Shown here: in pieces, positions 47,401 to 57,301 of the stretch
Layout: the number at the start of each line of letters is the position of its first letter
How positions within the stretch are numbered: position 1 is the stretch's first letter
Origin: a virus
Lineage: Duplodnaviria; Caudoviricetes
DNA: 64,000 bases
Strand: one strand, 5' to 3'
Virus record (IMG/VR): IMGVR_UViG_3300025372_000014
Coordinates: 1 to 64,000 of that record
Program-made: the position numbers and the translations under genes
The notes under the pieces: generated by a model
Database searches by the model: none
What the model was told of the DNA's origin: nothing
Seen by the model: only the letters and a program-made list of their open reading frames with translations

Positions 47401-47690
47401 AAATAGATGGCCTTAGTGTTTGGCGGGCGAATGGGGATGGTACAGCAACGTGTGTATATGCCAGTGGAAACTATACTAATTCAAATAATAATAATTTTAG
47501 CATATCAATAGGTAGTGTTTTTACTATATCTTATTTAATAAGTATACAGCTTGGCACTCATGTCTTAAATGATAGTGTAATGCTGGGATGCCTAACTGAA
47601 GGAGAAAGCTCTTGCTGTACAGGCTTAACACTAAATAGACCTTTACAAACAGCTGTTCTTTGCAATAGCTGGTTTGCGGCTAAATATTAA
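44481..47690 (+). CDS. large Cys-rich repeat protein, probably virion-associated
   Basis: G.D.NNG...AK.T and GDDNNGDGT..NPLAT motifs; central Cys/Gly/Asp repeats; 159-bp duplication at 46587/46746. Confidence 0.7.
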   Translation: MAINIQYISTTGLDSNNGLSLSSAKRTFSGAFTGLNPQPTGYYIIFEKDALSNSSYNNFVSTYGPMGTGQVASGKFVLQIPDLSVGSTGWLASGQYFSGLNNYLVKSNSSNNANIKNLMSSPLSSGGYGWWPYNSADATAWTGAQYIPIYLPNSGNKGTYFTGGFSTPLNSGGSGAFSTGSSPIPKYYTGGFFDITFSGSTTDLNTKTLWKFNSGSGNQSFSGPFNGNYFKSGILNTDFFGTGSDGACYSHGVRSSGIMCSGVPIYVRTNGDDNNGDGTIDNPLATAQAAFELAYTGYGGTGGYYILDFGVGGFAGIVVNSYNDFSSLARNYREWPSRIAVRGAGSGASFIGGISNDAYDFNTIGDINITSDSSVNLGAINCNPSSNNTAVGSITLIDCVAGSIVNSVLTNDVSYSINPSNGGNVTLIGGQCGDINVSAQNVAGYLICYNLARPHPGGVTLLTDQNGVFPTHGIITANESNVCANGCDNCGSCGPTYGCTYQDACYNYNSCANVDDESCGYSCEDRNARNYHDGCNSCWYTDCYDDRAINYDSNSFGNSECIFLDCAGNIYYTGDSVFIDSNGTSCIYLSVTRDSLTCCGDGTYSCGWDINGPLFFDDCWNCGYGNMYDNLGNYNGCCHGKIDECHDCNGDCICSNSCGCNTEYDTCDNCVTVGTGCYASYCYYGICGCSDDYGCGCNSNGNSISPDYCRDCSGNCTCTIDDCGNCGGNCGAGSCQDGICGCSNDYGCGCNSDGSSISPDYCRDCSGNCTCTIDDCGNCYGSCGAGSCQYGICGCSDYYGCGCNSDGSSIAGDTCGNCGGNCNTDCYYGICGCTDDYGCGCNSDASSITRDALGYCRGTCQDALACSEDHYGCMFIDPNTGLCTSRTNHYFGRIVTSSGLGVIKSIKGSGKVYSDNSLPLINAGFVGWVNGLSNYKYMIRFDWDNCPMSAAAILSYDSIIADGIRYESDPNFHQIDGLSVWRANGDGTATCVYASGNYTNSNNNNFSISIGSVFTISYLISIQLGTHVLNDSVMLGCLTEGESSCCTGLTLNRPLQTAVLCNSWFAAKY

Positions 47691-47744
47691 TTTAATTAAA
47701 TTTTATAATTAAGACAAATATTATAGTGCGGTGTAATAAATAAT

Positions 47745-48335
47745 ATGAGAGCAAGCGTGTTACTATTTTTTTCTTTATTATTCTTTTTCAGTGGCTGCAC
47801 TGTTTATACAGAAAAGCAGTCTGAGGCTGTTAGTCAAAACGTTTACGCAACAAATGATTCAATTTCTAAAGCAAGGATAGATTTAGCGCAATTTTATTCT
47901 AATGAGGCAACGCGTTTTATTAAGCCGCCGAAACACCCAATCAAAATCAATGCCGTTTATGAAGCCGGTCAAGTTGTAAAGAATGGCGAAAAAGCCGATA
48001 GAACTCGTGTTGTTATTGTTCCCGATCAGTATAAAAATGATAAGGTTGTGGTCGTTGGATCTAAAGATTACGATCAATTATTACAAGATAGCGCAATTAA
48101 GAAGCAGCTAGAAGAAGACAATAAAATTAAAGATAAGCAGTTAAATGATAATAACATGGAGCTAACAAAGCAAAAAGAAATGTCAGATAAAATGGTTAAG
48201 GATCTTAACTATTATCAGAAAGAAGTTTATAAGCTAAGATTATCTGGATTGTGGAAAGATATTATAATAGTAGGATTACTACTAGTAATTGGTACATTTA
48301 TTTATATAAGAGTATCTGCTCCAAAATTTTTATAA
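47745..48335 (+). CDS. lipoprotein with C-terminal TM, unimolecular-spanin-like
   Basis: Lipobox FSGC, coiled coil, C-terminal TM; lies in the lysis cluster. Confidence 0.6.
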   Translation: MRASVLLFFSLLFFFSGCTVYTEKQSEAVSQNVYATNDSISKARIDLAQFYSNEATRFIKPPKHPIKINAVYEAGQVVKNGEKADRTRVVIVPDQYKNDKVVVVGSKDYDQLLQDSAIKKQLEEDNKIKDKQLNDNNMELTKQKEMSDKMVKDLNYYQKEVYKLRLSGLWKDIIIVGLLLVIGTFIYIRVSAPKFL

Positions 48336-48336
48336 T

Positions 48337-48453
48337 ATGAATAAACTAACATCAATAATTGCTAACTTAAGTTCTTGGATAAAATCTAATCCAGTTAAAG
48401 CTGCGTTTGCATTAGGTTTCATTTTTGGTTTTATTTTGGGAACAATAATTTAA
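48337..48453 (+). CDS. 38-aa membrane peptide, absent from the ORF track
   Basis: MNKLTSIIANLSSWIKSNPVKAAFALGFIFGFILGTII fills the gap between neighbours. Confidence 0.6.
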   Translation: MNKLTSIIANLSSWIKSNPVKAAFALGFIFGFILGTII

Positions 48454-48457
48454 TTTT

Positions 48458-48916
48458 ATGTTAGATGGCGTTATCAAAATAGCGCAGACAGCTGCGGCAT
48501 TCCTTACTAATGGTAAGGCACCGCCAGATACGCCCCCACGCTTAGAAAAGCAAATGGAAGATACGAATCATCTTGCCTCCAAGAAGTTTTTTATTATAAT
48601 GACTTCTTTACTAATTATTGTTAGTATGTTTTTTGTAGCAGTTGGTATACTGTTTTTTATCCCCAAAGATCATGATATAGTAATAACAACTTATGCAACA
48701 ATTTTCACAAAGATAATGGAACAAATTGCACTAGTTATCTCTGTTTATTTGGGTGCGCAGGGGCTGGTAGATTTAAGGTATAATAGCTCATCTAGTGCAA
48801 GTGTTGAGGGAACTGCGCAGAGCACTACCGAGAATAAAAATGTTAATTTAAACGAGAGTATATTAAGTAATAATGCCAAAGAAGATGACTATAATATATC
48901 CGAGGTAGACGTATGA
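48458..48916 (+). CDS. holin-like membrane protein
   Basis: SKKF followed by two TM segments, YLGAQGLVD; overlaps the endolysin start. Confidence 0.65.
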   Translation: MLDGVIKIAQTAAAFLTNGKAPPDTPPRLEKQMEDTNHLASKKFFIIMTSLLIIVSMFFVAVGILFFIPKDHDIVITTYATIFTKIMEQIALVISVYLGAQGLVDLRYNSSSSASVEGTAQSTTENKNVNLNESILSNNAKEDDYNISEVDV

Positions 48917-49527
48917 AAAACCCATCTGCAAAAGCACTATCTTTAATTCTTGAGTATGAGGTTGGTGGCGGCCAATCTTATTACGAAAAGTATTTAAGTG
49001 GCCCAACATGGCCCGGTGGCGCAAGTGGCATGACATTAGCTATAGGTATAGATTGTGGATACTATACACCTAATGAACTACAGCAGATTTTTAGCTTTTT
49101 ACCTTCTGACCAACTTAAAGCAGTACAGGGTGCCAGTGGAAAAACTGGTCAGGCTGGAAAAGAATATACACAGTCTGTAAAAAATTTAAACATAAAAGTA
49201 ACATGGAAACAGGCAATTGAAATCTTTGATAAATATACTTGGCCCAAGTTTGCAAGACTTGCTGAGAGAGCTTTTCCCAATTTGGATCAGTTATGCGATA
49301 ATGCGTATGGTGCTATTGTTTCCTTGGTATTTAATCGCGGGACTAGTTTGGTGGGCGATAGTCGTAGGGAAATGAGAGAGATTAAAGATTTGGTAGTTAA
49401 AAAAGACTATAGAAGTATAGCTATAGAATTTCAAAAGATGAAAAGGGTTTGGAAGGGCAAGGGTCTTGATGGTTTATTAGCAAGGCGAGATGCAGAGGCC
49501 GCATTAGTTCTTTCCTGTGTAAATTAA
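48913..49527 (+). CDS. endolysin (lysozyme-like muramidase)
   Basis: ILEYEVG, WPGGASG.T.AIGIDCG, AIVSLVFNRG, GLLARR.AEA. Confidence 0.85.
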   Translation: MKNPSAKALSLILEYEVGGGQSYYEKYLSGPTWPGGASGMTLAIGIDCGYYTPNELQQIFSFLPSDQLKAVQGASGKTGQAGKEYTQSVKNLNIKVTWKQAIEIFDKYTWPKFARLAERAFPNLDQLCDNAYGAIVSLVFNRGTSLVGDSRREMREIKDLVVKKDYRSIAIEFQKMKRVWKGKGLDGLLARRDAEAALVLSCVN

Positions 49528-49563
49528 TTTGTTTTCTGTGTATAATTATATTACTATAATAAT

Positions 49564-51450
49564 ATGATTATCGAAGACTCTCAAGCGCCCGGTTTTGATC
49601 TTAACAATTTAGAATACAGCCCCGGAAAGAATGTTAATATTTGCGCTTTTGAGCTAATAAAGAGCGAAGACAATAAGGTTATTGTAAATCGTGCATTAAA
49701 AAATATTGCCCCAATATCTAATGAGGGTGTAAAATTTAACATGGATAAATTTAAGTATCATGCTCGTTTTGATGGCATTATAGTTCAGGCTAAAGTTGCA
49801 AAAGAAGAAGATAAGTATCTGGCAACAGCCTCTATTAATCAGTTAAAAGATTTTTTACCAAACCATGTTGATCTAGATGTTAATAAAGATCTATTGGGGG
49901 TTGCCTTTGATGCATTTGTTGTAAATCGTGGTAATAAGAATGGTCACATGATTGGAACTGATAATGCCCTTGCAATGGTAAGTAATTTTGTCAATAAGCC
50001 TTTTAATATTGAGCACAACCGTAAAACAATAGTTGGATTTTGTACTGGTTATGGTTTTAGCGAGTTTGGTTCTAGTAAGCCACTAACACTTGAAGAGGTA
50101 AAAGCTAGCGATACCCCATTTAATGTTGTTCTTTCTGGTTTTGTTTGGAAAATAGCTAACCCAGAATTTGCAGAAGAGCTTGTAAGCAGCAGCGATCCAA
50201 GTTCTTCCGATTACCTATCCGTTAGTGCAAGCTGGGAGCTTGGGTTTAACGAGTTCAATATTGCCGAGGGCAGCAAGAACCTGAATGAGGCCACAATTAT
50301 AGAGGACGAAGAAGAAATACTAAAACACAAAGATGATCTAAAGGTATTTGGTGGGAGTGGTATTTCTACAATATCTGGAAAACAAATTTTCTTAAATTTA
50401 CAGGGTAACATTTTACCATTAGGAATTGGATTTACTAATAATCCTGCTGCCGAAGTTAAGGGTGTAGCAATTACCCATGACAAAAAAGAGGACACTAAAA
50501 ATGAAAAAGAAGACAATGAAATGAATAAAAAAAGTGTCTCTTCGGAAATTAAAGATGTAAAAAACATTATGCAAATCAATCAGATCGAAGATATTACTGA
50601 CGATGTAATGAAGGAAGTTTCCGCAAGTGCGGTTCGTGAGTTCATTTCCAACAAAATCACTGAGCTAGCAAAAGATTGGACAGCAAAGGCCGAAGAGAAA
50701 GAAAACGCTCTTAAGGTTGCCCAAGAAGAACTAGCAAGTCTAAAGACAGACCTTGAAGCAATCAAGGCAGACAGCGAAAAGGTTAAGGCCGATTTCGCAG
50801 AGGTTCAGGAGAATATCCGCAAGCAAGAGATCGAGGCAACATTCCAGCGTAGAATGTCCCTAATTGATGACGAATTTAATCTAACTGATGCAGATCGCAC
50901 TATCGTAGCTGAAGATCTACAGGCGATTGCTGATGAAGAGAGTTTTGAAAAGTGGTACAATAAGTTTGCCACATTAGCGGAAGCGAAGAAAAAGGCAGTA
51001 AAGAAAGATGAGCCAAAGGACGGAATGGAGAGAGAAGCTGATGTTGATGATACCGGAATGTCTGGTGGAACATCTTTTAGCTCCAAGAAAGACGACAAGA
51101 AGAAAGACGACAAGAAGAAAGATGACGAGAAAGAAGAGAAGTCTGAAAAGAAAGACGATAAGGAAGAGGAAGAGGCCGAGGCCGATGACGAGTCTGCAAT
51201 GGCCGGAGTTCCAACTCCAGCCGGAGAAAAGCTAAAGGTTGAGGACTATTCTCACAGTGTTCTAAAGACAAACGATGCTTCTCGCAAGCAAGAGGTTGAG
51301 ATCAAGCTACCAAAGACAATCGAGCAGGTTGTTGATGCGGCTGTAGAAGAAACTCCTCTAATCCCAAATGCTGCGGCTCCAAATGACCTATCACTAATGG
51401 AAAAAATTAGTGCCGCTTTCAATAAATCAAGTGTAAGGATTAAAAGATAA
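49564..51450 (+). CDS. prohead protease fused to a scaffold-like domain
   Basis: NKNG, NIEH, SASWE in the N-half; coiled-coil and highly charged C-half; upstream of capsid genes. Confidence 0.75.
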   Translation: MIIEDSQAPGFDLNNLEYSPGKNVNICAFELIKSEDNKVIVNRALKNIAPISNEGVKFNMDKFKYHARFDGIIVQAKVAKEEDKYLATASINQLKDFLPNHVDLDVNKDLLGVAFDAFVVNRGNKNGHMIGTDNALAMVSNFVNKPFNIEHNRKTIVGFCTGYGFSEFGSSKPLTLEEVKASDTPFNVVLSGFVWKIANPEFAEELVSSSDPSSSDYLSVSASWELGFNEFNIAEGSKNLNEATIIEDEEEILKHKDDLKVFGGSGISTISGKQIFLNLQGNILPLGIGFTNNPAAEVKGVAITHDKKEDTKNEKEDNEMNKKSVSSEIKDVKNIMQINQIEDITDDVMKEVSASAVREFISNKITELAKDWTAKAEEKENALKVAQEELASLKTDLEAIKADSEKVKADFAEVQENIRKQEIEATFQRRMSLIDDEFNLTDADRTIVAEDLQAIADEESFEKWYNKFATLAEAKKKAVKKDEPKDGMEREADVDDTGMSGGTSFSSKKDDKKKDDKKKDDEKEEKSEKKDDKEEEEAEADDESAMAGVPTPAGEKLKVEDYSHSVLKTNDASRKQEVEIKLPKTIEQVVDAAVEETPLIPNAAAPNDLSLMEKISAAFNKSSVRIKR

Positions 51451-51484
51451 TCTTTATCTAAAACAAATTTAACTAAACAATCAT

Positions 51485-52021
51485 ATGCCAACACTAAGAC
51501 CATACAATGATCATAGCGAACATGAGGTTATCAACCTGTTCACTGTTACTGGCGACCTTCCTCGCGGAACGTTCGTCACAGCAGCGGATGCCGGTGTAAA
51601 CCTTTCTGACGCTAGCACAATCGGACAGCTTTCCCCATTCGGGAATACTGTATCTGCCGTAATCTCCGTTCCTTGGAACGCCGTTGCTGCCCCATCGGGA
51701 ACAGCAAAGGCTGCCGTTATCGGAGCAACCCTAAAAGACTTCCGTACATTCGACGAAAACGGTGAGCGCCTAGTTCTACACCCTCGTAAGGCTGCAGAAA
51801 TGGACGTTGTTATCACTGGACAGGCTGTTCCTGTTCTAACTCGTGGTATCGTACTATACAGTGGTATCGCAGGTACCCCTGGTTACGGAAGTGGCGCAGC
51901 AGTTTCTGACGCTGGAGACGGCGGAGTTAAGGTTGTCGCTTACAATGCATCCACTTGCGTAGGCAAGTTCCTAGGCCCTAAAAATGCCTATGGACACGCT
52001 CTACTAAAGATCGAGCTATAA
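51485..52021 (+). CDS. head decoration / capsid cement protein
   Basis: Position between scaffold and MCP; high-expression codon bias. Confidence 0.65.
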   Translation: MPTLRPYNDHSEHEVINLFTVTGDLPRGTFVTAADAGVNLSDASTIGQLSPFGNTVSAVISVPWNAVAAPSGTAKAAVIGATLKDFRTFDENGERLVLHPRKAAEMDVVITGQAVPVLTRGIVLYSGIAGTPGYGSGAAVSDAGDGGVKVVAYNASTCVGKFLGPKNAYGHALLKIEL

Positions 52022-52047
52022 TCTAACCAATAACAATTTTTAATAAC

Positions 52048-53184
52048 ATGAAAATTCAATTCGAAAAAAACCCAGAGCAGATCGAGCTAATCAAGGCCCT
52101 TGCATCGGAAAATAAGACCGTTGCAATGCAGGCACAAGAGGCTTTCGCTGCATTCATCAGTGACGTAGTTCTTCAGGTATTACTACAGGCCTCCACAGCA
52201 GGTCTAGTATATCGTGATATCGAGTTCGACGAAGACGATCAGCCTTCCATCCCACTTGACCTATACTATGGTCAGACCGAGGGAACTATCTCCGTATGGA
52301 GCCAGACAGTCGGTGGTGGACTACCAAGTAGTTTCGTTCAGGGAATGAACGAGATGAAGGTTAACACATATCGCCTAGATAGTGCTATCTCCATGGAGAA
52401 GCGTTATGTCCGCCGCGCACGTCTTGACGTTGTTGCTGCCGGTCTAGAGCGTATGGCTAACGAGCTTCTTGTTAAGCAAGAGCGTAATGCATGGGCAGTT
52501 GTTCTAAAGGCACTAGCAGAAGCACAGACCTTCGGTAAGGATCACGTTCAGCGTGTTCAGACCAACGGTGTGTTCCAGCTAGACGACATGAACAAGCTAT
52601 GGACTCTAATCCGTAGAATCAATGCCGCTTACACAGGTGGTACTCCAAGTAACCTACAGTTCCGTGGTCTAACTGACATCTTCGTCAGTCCAGAGATCAA
52701 GGAGCAGATCCGTGGGTTTGCTTATCAGCCAATGAACACACGCGCTGGTTCCCTAAACGGAACAAGTAGTGCTGGTTATGCTGCAACAGCAATCGGTCTT
52801 CCTGACGCAGTTCGTGAGGAAATCTATCGCGGAGCAGGAACACAGGAGATCTTCGGTGTAACAATTCACGAGCTACTAGAGCTTGGAACAAGCCGCAAGT
52901 ACAATGACCTATTCGGTGCTTTCAGTAGCAAGTCCTTCACAGACTACGCTGGTAGCCAGAGTGGAGCATTCTCCAGTGGTAGTGACGATCTAATCGTCGG
53001 TATCGATTCCACACGTAATGCATTCCTACGCCCAGTCGCTATCCAGAGCGAGAGCCGTGGACAGGTCAAGGTTCTTCCTGATGACCAGTTCCTAGCTCGC
53101 AGTCAGAAGGTCGGCTTCTACAGTTATGTTGAAGAGGGCCGCGTAGTAACTGATGCTCGTGCAGTTGTCGGACTACTAGTCTAA
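52048..53184 (+). CDS. major capsid protein
   Basis: 378 aa, position, strong codon bias, strong terminator downstream. Confidence 0.85.
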   Translation: MKIQFEKNPEQIELIKALASENKTVAMQAQEAFAAFISDVVLQVLLQASTAGLVYRDIEFDEDDQPSIPLDLYYGQTEGTISVWSQTVGGGLPSSFVQGMNEMKVNTYRLDSAISMEKRYVRRARLDVVAAGLERMANELLVKQERNAWAVVLKALAEAQTFGKDHVQRVQTNGVFQLDDMNKLWTLIRRINAAYTGGTPSNLQFRGLTDIFVSPEIKEQIRGFAYQPMNTRAGSLNGTSSAGYAATAIGLPDAVREEIYRGAGTQEIFGVTIHELLELGTSRKYNDLFGAFSSKSFTDYAGSQSGAFSSGSDDLIVGIDSTRNAFLRPVAIQSESRGQVKVLPDDQFLARSQKVGFYSYVEEGRVVTDARAVVGLLV

Positions 53185-53210
53185 TACTAACGAAAAGTTA
53201 ATCAAGAAAC

Positions 53211-53240
53211 CCCCTCTGGAAACAGAGGGGTTTTTCTTTT
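53211..53240 (+). terminator. intrinsic terminator
   Basis: CCCCTCTG-GAAA-CAGAGGGG-TTTTTCTTTT. Confidence 0.92.
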
Positions 53241-53291
53241 GTATTTATTAAATAAAATTTTAATTATATACCTTTCACGTTTATAATAAGT

Positions 53292-53666
53292 ATGGCAAAC
53301 AAAAAGAAGACAACTGTTACTCTAGAAGCATCGGCTCAACTTGATGGCAAGGCACAGGGAAACCCGCCCGAACACTTATATGGATCGCTAGACCAGATCT
53401 TAGGAGAAAATATCTCAGTATATAAGACCTCAAATGTTGAAGAGTATAAGCAGCAAATAGCTGAAATGAATCAGACTGATTTACAGTCACATGCTCTTAA
53501 GGTTGGGCTTATTCCAATTGAGGATCGTCGGGTTTTGGTTGGCCGCCTTGTTCAAGAGTTTGAGAGATGGAGTTCCAGAATGATGCCGCAAGGTAATATT
53601 AAGGGAGCAAAAAAGATAGAAGATATTGATGAAAAAGTTAGAAAGATTCTGAGAGAAGGCGCGTAA
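53292..53666 (+). CDS. hypothetical protein
   Basis: ORF in the head-tail module. Confidence 0.7.
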   Translation: MANKKKTTVTLEASAQLDGKAQGNPPEHLYGSLDQILGENISVYKTSNVEEYKQQIAEMNQTDLQSHALKVGLIPIEDRRVLVGRLVQEFERWSSRMMPQGNIKGAKKIEDIDEKVRKILREGA

Positions 53667-53693
53667 GTTTACCAAATCAGTGTAAATTATTAT

Positions 53694-54236
53694 GTGAGCG
53701 ACTTCGATAATTTCGTCAATAATATTTATACAGAGCTAGACCAGCCAGCCGACTATTCGCCCGCAAGAATAAGTGGTTGGTTTCTAGATCAGTCAAATGT
53801 TGGTCAACTAAATAACTTAATAGGTACTTGTTATAAACCTGCCGCATTTTATGACGGATCTGGAAATATGACCGGATTCGGAATTGTTCCTACAGTTAGT
53901 GGAAATGAGCTTGGTATCTTCAAGCTACTATTTGAATATAACTATTATTATAGGTTATCTAGATATACTGCAACTAGTATTATGACTGTTGGTCAGGACT
54001 GGATTAATCTACAAGAAGGTGATAGTAAAATTACCAGAATTAACTATAATGAAGTTAGTAAAAATTTAAGAGGGCTCGCCAAAGACGCTAAAGAGACTCT
54101 TGATAAGGCAGTAAAGATGTACTTGAAGTATGGGGCTATACCACAACAAATCGCAGGAGATGATACAATTGGTATTAGTAATTATATTGCCACTTCAGAG
54201 GATCGCGGTATAACTAATGATAATTTCTTATACTAA
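53694..54236 (+). CDS. putative head-tail adaptor
   Basis: Position; LQEGDSKIT motif. Confidence 0.55.
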   Translation: MSDFDNFVNNIYTELDQPADYSPARISGWFLDQSNVGQLNNLIGTCYKPAAFYDGSGNMTGFGIVPTVSGNELGIFKLLFEYNYYYRLSRYTATSIMTVGQDWINLQEGDSKITRINYNEVSKNLRGLAKDAKETLDKAVKMYLKYGAIPQQIAGDDTIGISNYIATSEDRGITNDNFLY

Positions 54237-54670
54237 TGAACTATTTCAATAACGCGCAGAAAACAGCTTACAGTAAGCCATTTTATGACATACATGATAC
54301 TTTCTCGCGCAATATTGTAGTTTTTCAGCACCCACAGGCAGTTCTTATATCTAGCCAGCCAGAATACAATTTTTTATACTCGCAGCAAACTGATGACACG
54401 GTAGTATATACTCCAGTAAGCGGCGTATTTCCAGCCACAATAAAGTGGGAACATGCTTATAAAATTAATGATGCTAGAGATATTCGCCCTACTATTTTCG
54501 GAAACTATTGCCGTTTAAAGGTAAAGGCAGATGCGCTTGCATTTATAAGTGGCGCGCGTGGACAAAGAATTGAAGTAGACGGGAGAGCAGTAAATTGGAT
54601 TGGTAGTAGTGAAGTTCACGGTTTATTTACTGGAGATTTCTATCATATATATTTAAGGGAGGGAGAGTAA
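54236..54670 (+). CDS. putative head closure protein
   Basis: Position and size. Confidence 0.5.
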   Translation: MNYFNNAQKTAYSKPFYDIHDTFSRNIVVFQHPQAVLISSQPEYNFLYSQQTDDTVVYTPVSGVFPATIKWEHAYKINDARDIRPTIFGNYCRLKVKADALAFISGARGQRIEVDGRAVNWIGSSEVHGLFTGDFYHIYLREGE

Positions 54671-54671
54671 T

Positions 54672-55250
54672 ATGGGTAGTAGTTTGGAACAAATACGCTT
54701 GGAAATATTAAATAATCCGGGCCTAGAAAAAGAAGTCCGTATTGTTGCTGAAGAAATTTTTGAAAAAAGCAAGCAGCAATTAATACAAGAGTTTGAGAAT
54801 CATCCTGTAACAAAAGAGATTCAAGCCGGGCCTGATGCATCAAATGAGTCTGGTACTTTGGGTGGTAGAGGAAATTTATTTTCATTTATAGGATTTAATG
54901 ATGGCACTGATCCAATTACCCCTATAAAAGAGCTATTACAGGGAATAGAATTTTCATCTTCAAAGGGCAGGAGATTTGGTTCGGGATTTCAGTTTAAAGT
55001 AAACATGCCAGATCAAGGTGAACTAGAAAATGCAAGCAAAATGCCTTGGGAAACAGGACGTAGTTGGTTATATGATATAGAACGCGCTATATCTGGATTG
55101 GGGCAATATTTATACGGTCAATTTAAAAATTCAAGAAGTGGTACTGGAATGCAATTAGAAAAAAATGTTACTACAAATACGTTTATGCCTGTAAAATATT
55201 TTGGTACAATGCTAGAAAAATTTAAAAACAAACTTAAGGGAATAGAATGA
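54672..55250 (+). CDS. putative neck / tail completion protein
   Basis: Position. Confidence 0.5.
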   Translation: MGSSLEQIRLEILNNPGLEKEVRIVAEEIFEKSKQQLIQEFENHPVTKEIQAGPDASNESGTLGGRGNLFSFIGFNDGTDPITPIKELLQGIEFSSSKGRRFGSGFQFKVNMPDQGELENASKMPWETGRSWLYDIERAISGLGQYLYGQFKNSRSGTGMQLEKNVTTNTFMPVKYFGTMLEKFKNKLKGIE

Positions 55251-56116
55251 ATCCATCATATACAACTAATTTAATGTCAAGTTTTTATTTGTGGCTAGAC
55301 CATGAGTTAGCGCATGTTGGTCAGGGGTTTGTTAATACCAGTGGGCAATTATTTCCAGTTAATGACCCTACTTGTGCGGGATATAATGTTTATAGCTCGC
55401 CATTCAGACAGTGGATTTCAGATAGTAATATTGCAAATGCCGTAGTTCCAAGCGGTGTTTATTGTGATGGTAACTTACTCACTAGGGATAGTGGTGTTAT
55501 ATTAAATTTTAATAAAGGACAGGTTTTATTGCCAAGTAATGTAAAACCAAATTTGGTCACTACTCAGTATTCTAAAAAAGACTTTAATCTTTACTATACA
55601 GACGAAAGAGAGGAAACTTTATTATTTGAAAACGCACATGCTTTGCAGTCTAAATTTAGAAATATTACCGGTGGTTTAAATGGTGATGACCAGCCATTTC
55701 CTTGTATATTTATTAAAAATACTGCTTACCAAAATGTGCCTTATGCCTTGGGTGGTCAAGAACAAACCAAAACAACAGTAAGATGTATTATTCTTTCTGA
55801 TAATATGTACTTATTAGATGGCGCCATATCTGTAATGACCGATAGCGTGAGAAAGGTTTTTCCTGTAGTTGAGCCTTCTAAATTACCATATAATTACTAT
55901 GGAGATTTTAAATCAGGAACAAGCTATGAGTATGTGCAAATGGCAAATGATGCAAGCTTAAATGCTAGCAACTTAATATATATTGACAGAGTTACTGTTT
56001 CTAGATTAGATGAAATTAGGAATAAACATATTAACTTAAAAGTTGTCGCCGCGATGGTTGACTTCGACCTATGGCAGGCAAGATATCCAAGAATATACAA
56101 TCCAACTGGTGTATAA
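55247..56116 (+). CDS. putative tail terminator protein
   Basis: Position before the tail tube; FPCIFI motif. Confidence 0.5.
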   Translation: MNPSYTTNLMSSFYLWLDHELAHVGQGFVNTSGQLFPVNDPTCAGYNVYSSPFRQWISDSNIANAVVPSGVYCDGNLLTRDSGVILNFNKGQVLLPSNVKPNLVTTQYSKKDFNLYYTDEREETLLFENAHALQSKFRNITGGLNGDDQPFPCIFIKNTAYQNVPYALGGQEQTKTTVRCIILSDNMYLLDGAISVMTDSVRKVFPVVEPSKLPYNYYGDFKSGTSYEYVQMANDASLNASNLIYIDRVTVSRLDEIRNKHINLKVVAAMVDFDLWQARYPRIYNPTGV

Positions 56117-56191
56117 TGATAAATAATTTAATCTTTTCAGAGTGTCTATAATGACCCCTTTAATGTAATTAAATAAAGAACTTCCAAAACT

Positions 56192-57301
56192 ATGTCAAGA
56201 AATCGCATCATTTATAACGTTTTATCCCTATACGCTGGACAGAATAACGCTGTTAGCGGTAGTCACTCTAACGCTGGAGATATTCGCCAGCTAACACGTG
56301 TACAATCTTTTGATGAAGATTTTGCAAGAAATCTTACAAATGTTGAACAATATGGTAACCTTGCGGCAATAGATCGTATTGAGCTTGAGGCCCCAACAGT
56401 TAAGTCCAGTTTTTCTTACTATCTAACAGATGGTAGTAATGAACACTATCTTGGATTAAATGTTTCGACTGGAAATCAACCATTACTTTCCTGTGTTTCT
56501 GGGTATCTAACAAAACAGACCGATCAGAGAAACATGTTCTTAATGATTGCCGACGAGGGTCATGATGCTGTAGACTATTCTTATACAAGAACTGGTGTAA
56601 TTGGGCTTGGAAATGCCTTCTTAACATCTTATGATATAGAGGCGAATGTTGGAAGTATACCAAAGGCAATGGTAAATATGGAAGCTCTAAATGTTGCCGT
56701 ATACTCTTCTGTAGATGGAACAAATAATATTCCTGCAGTTAATCCAACTAATGGAATACCAGTAAATGGAATTCCTTTTGTCCTACCACAGTCTACTCTA
56801 AGTGATAACAATAGTCAGGTAACTGCATTACAACCTGGAGATCTATCCCTATCGGTAAATGGAACACTTGGGGTAAATATTGCAGATCTTAAGATTCAAG
56901 GCTTTAAGATGGCACTGCCTTTATCGCGTCAACCAATTCGTCGCCTTGGTAACAAGTTTGCATTCACACGCGAAATTCAGTGGCCAGTTAAGGCAACTTT
57001 CTCGATTGATGCAGAACTTGGCGATTTGAATGATGGCGATCAATATGGTGGCAATCTAGCAAATATCCTTTGTGATACTGGGGTTTATACTATGAATCTT
57101 CAGTTCAGAAAGCCAAACTGTCAGGGAACAGGTGCTGCGGCCCTATTATATCAATTCCGTGGAGCTAAGCTTCTAAACCAGAAAGTAACAACTTCTATTG
57201 GTGCAAATGCGAAGTTCACAGCAGAATTTGAGGCGCAAATCGGTGCCCCAGAAGATACAGTACATGGTATCTTTATCTCTGGAACATATACAAATTACTA
57301 A
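56192..57301 (+). CDS. major tail (tube) protein
   Basis: Position; RVQS, R.PI.RLG motifs; terminator downstream. Confidence 0.75.
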   Translation: MSRNRIIYNVLSLYAGQNNAVSGSHSNAGDIRQLTRVQSFDEDFARNLTNVEQYGNLAAIDRIELEAPTVKSSFSYYLTDGSNEHYLGLNVSTGNQPLLSCVSGYLTKQTDQRNMFLMIADEGHDAVDYSYTRTGVIGLGNAFLTSYDIEANVGSIPKAMVNMEALNVAVYSSVDGTNNIPAVNPTNGIPVNGIPFVLPQSTLSDNNSQVTALQPGDLSLSVNGTLGVNIADLKIQGFKMALPLSRQPIRRLGNKFAFTREIQWPVKATFSIDAELGDLNDGDQYGGNLANILCDTGVYTMNLQFRKPNCQGTGAAALLYQFRGAKLLNQKVTTSIGANAKFTAEFEAQIGAPEDTVHGIFISGTYTNY

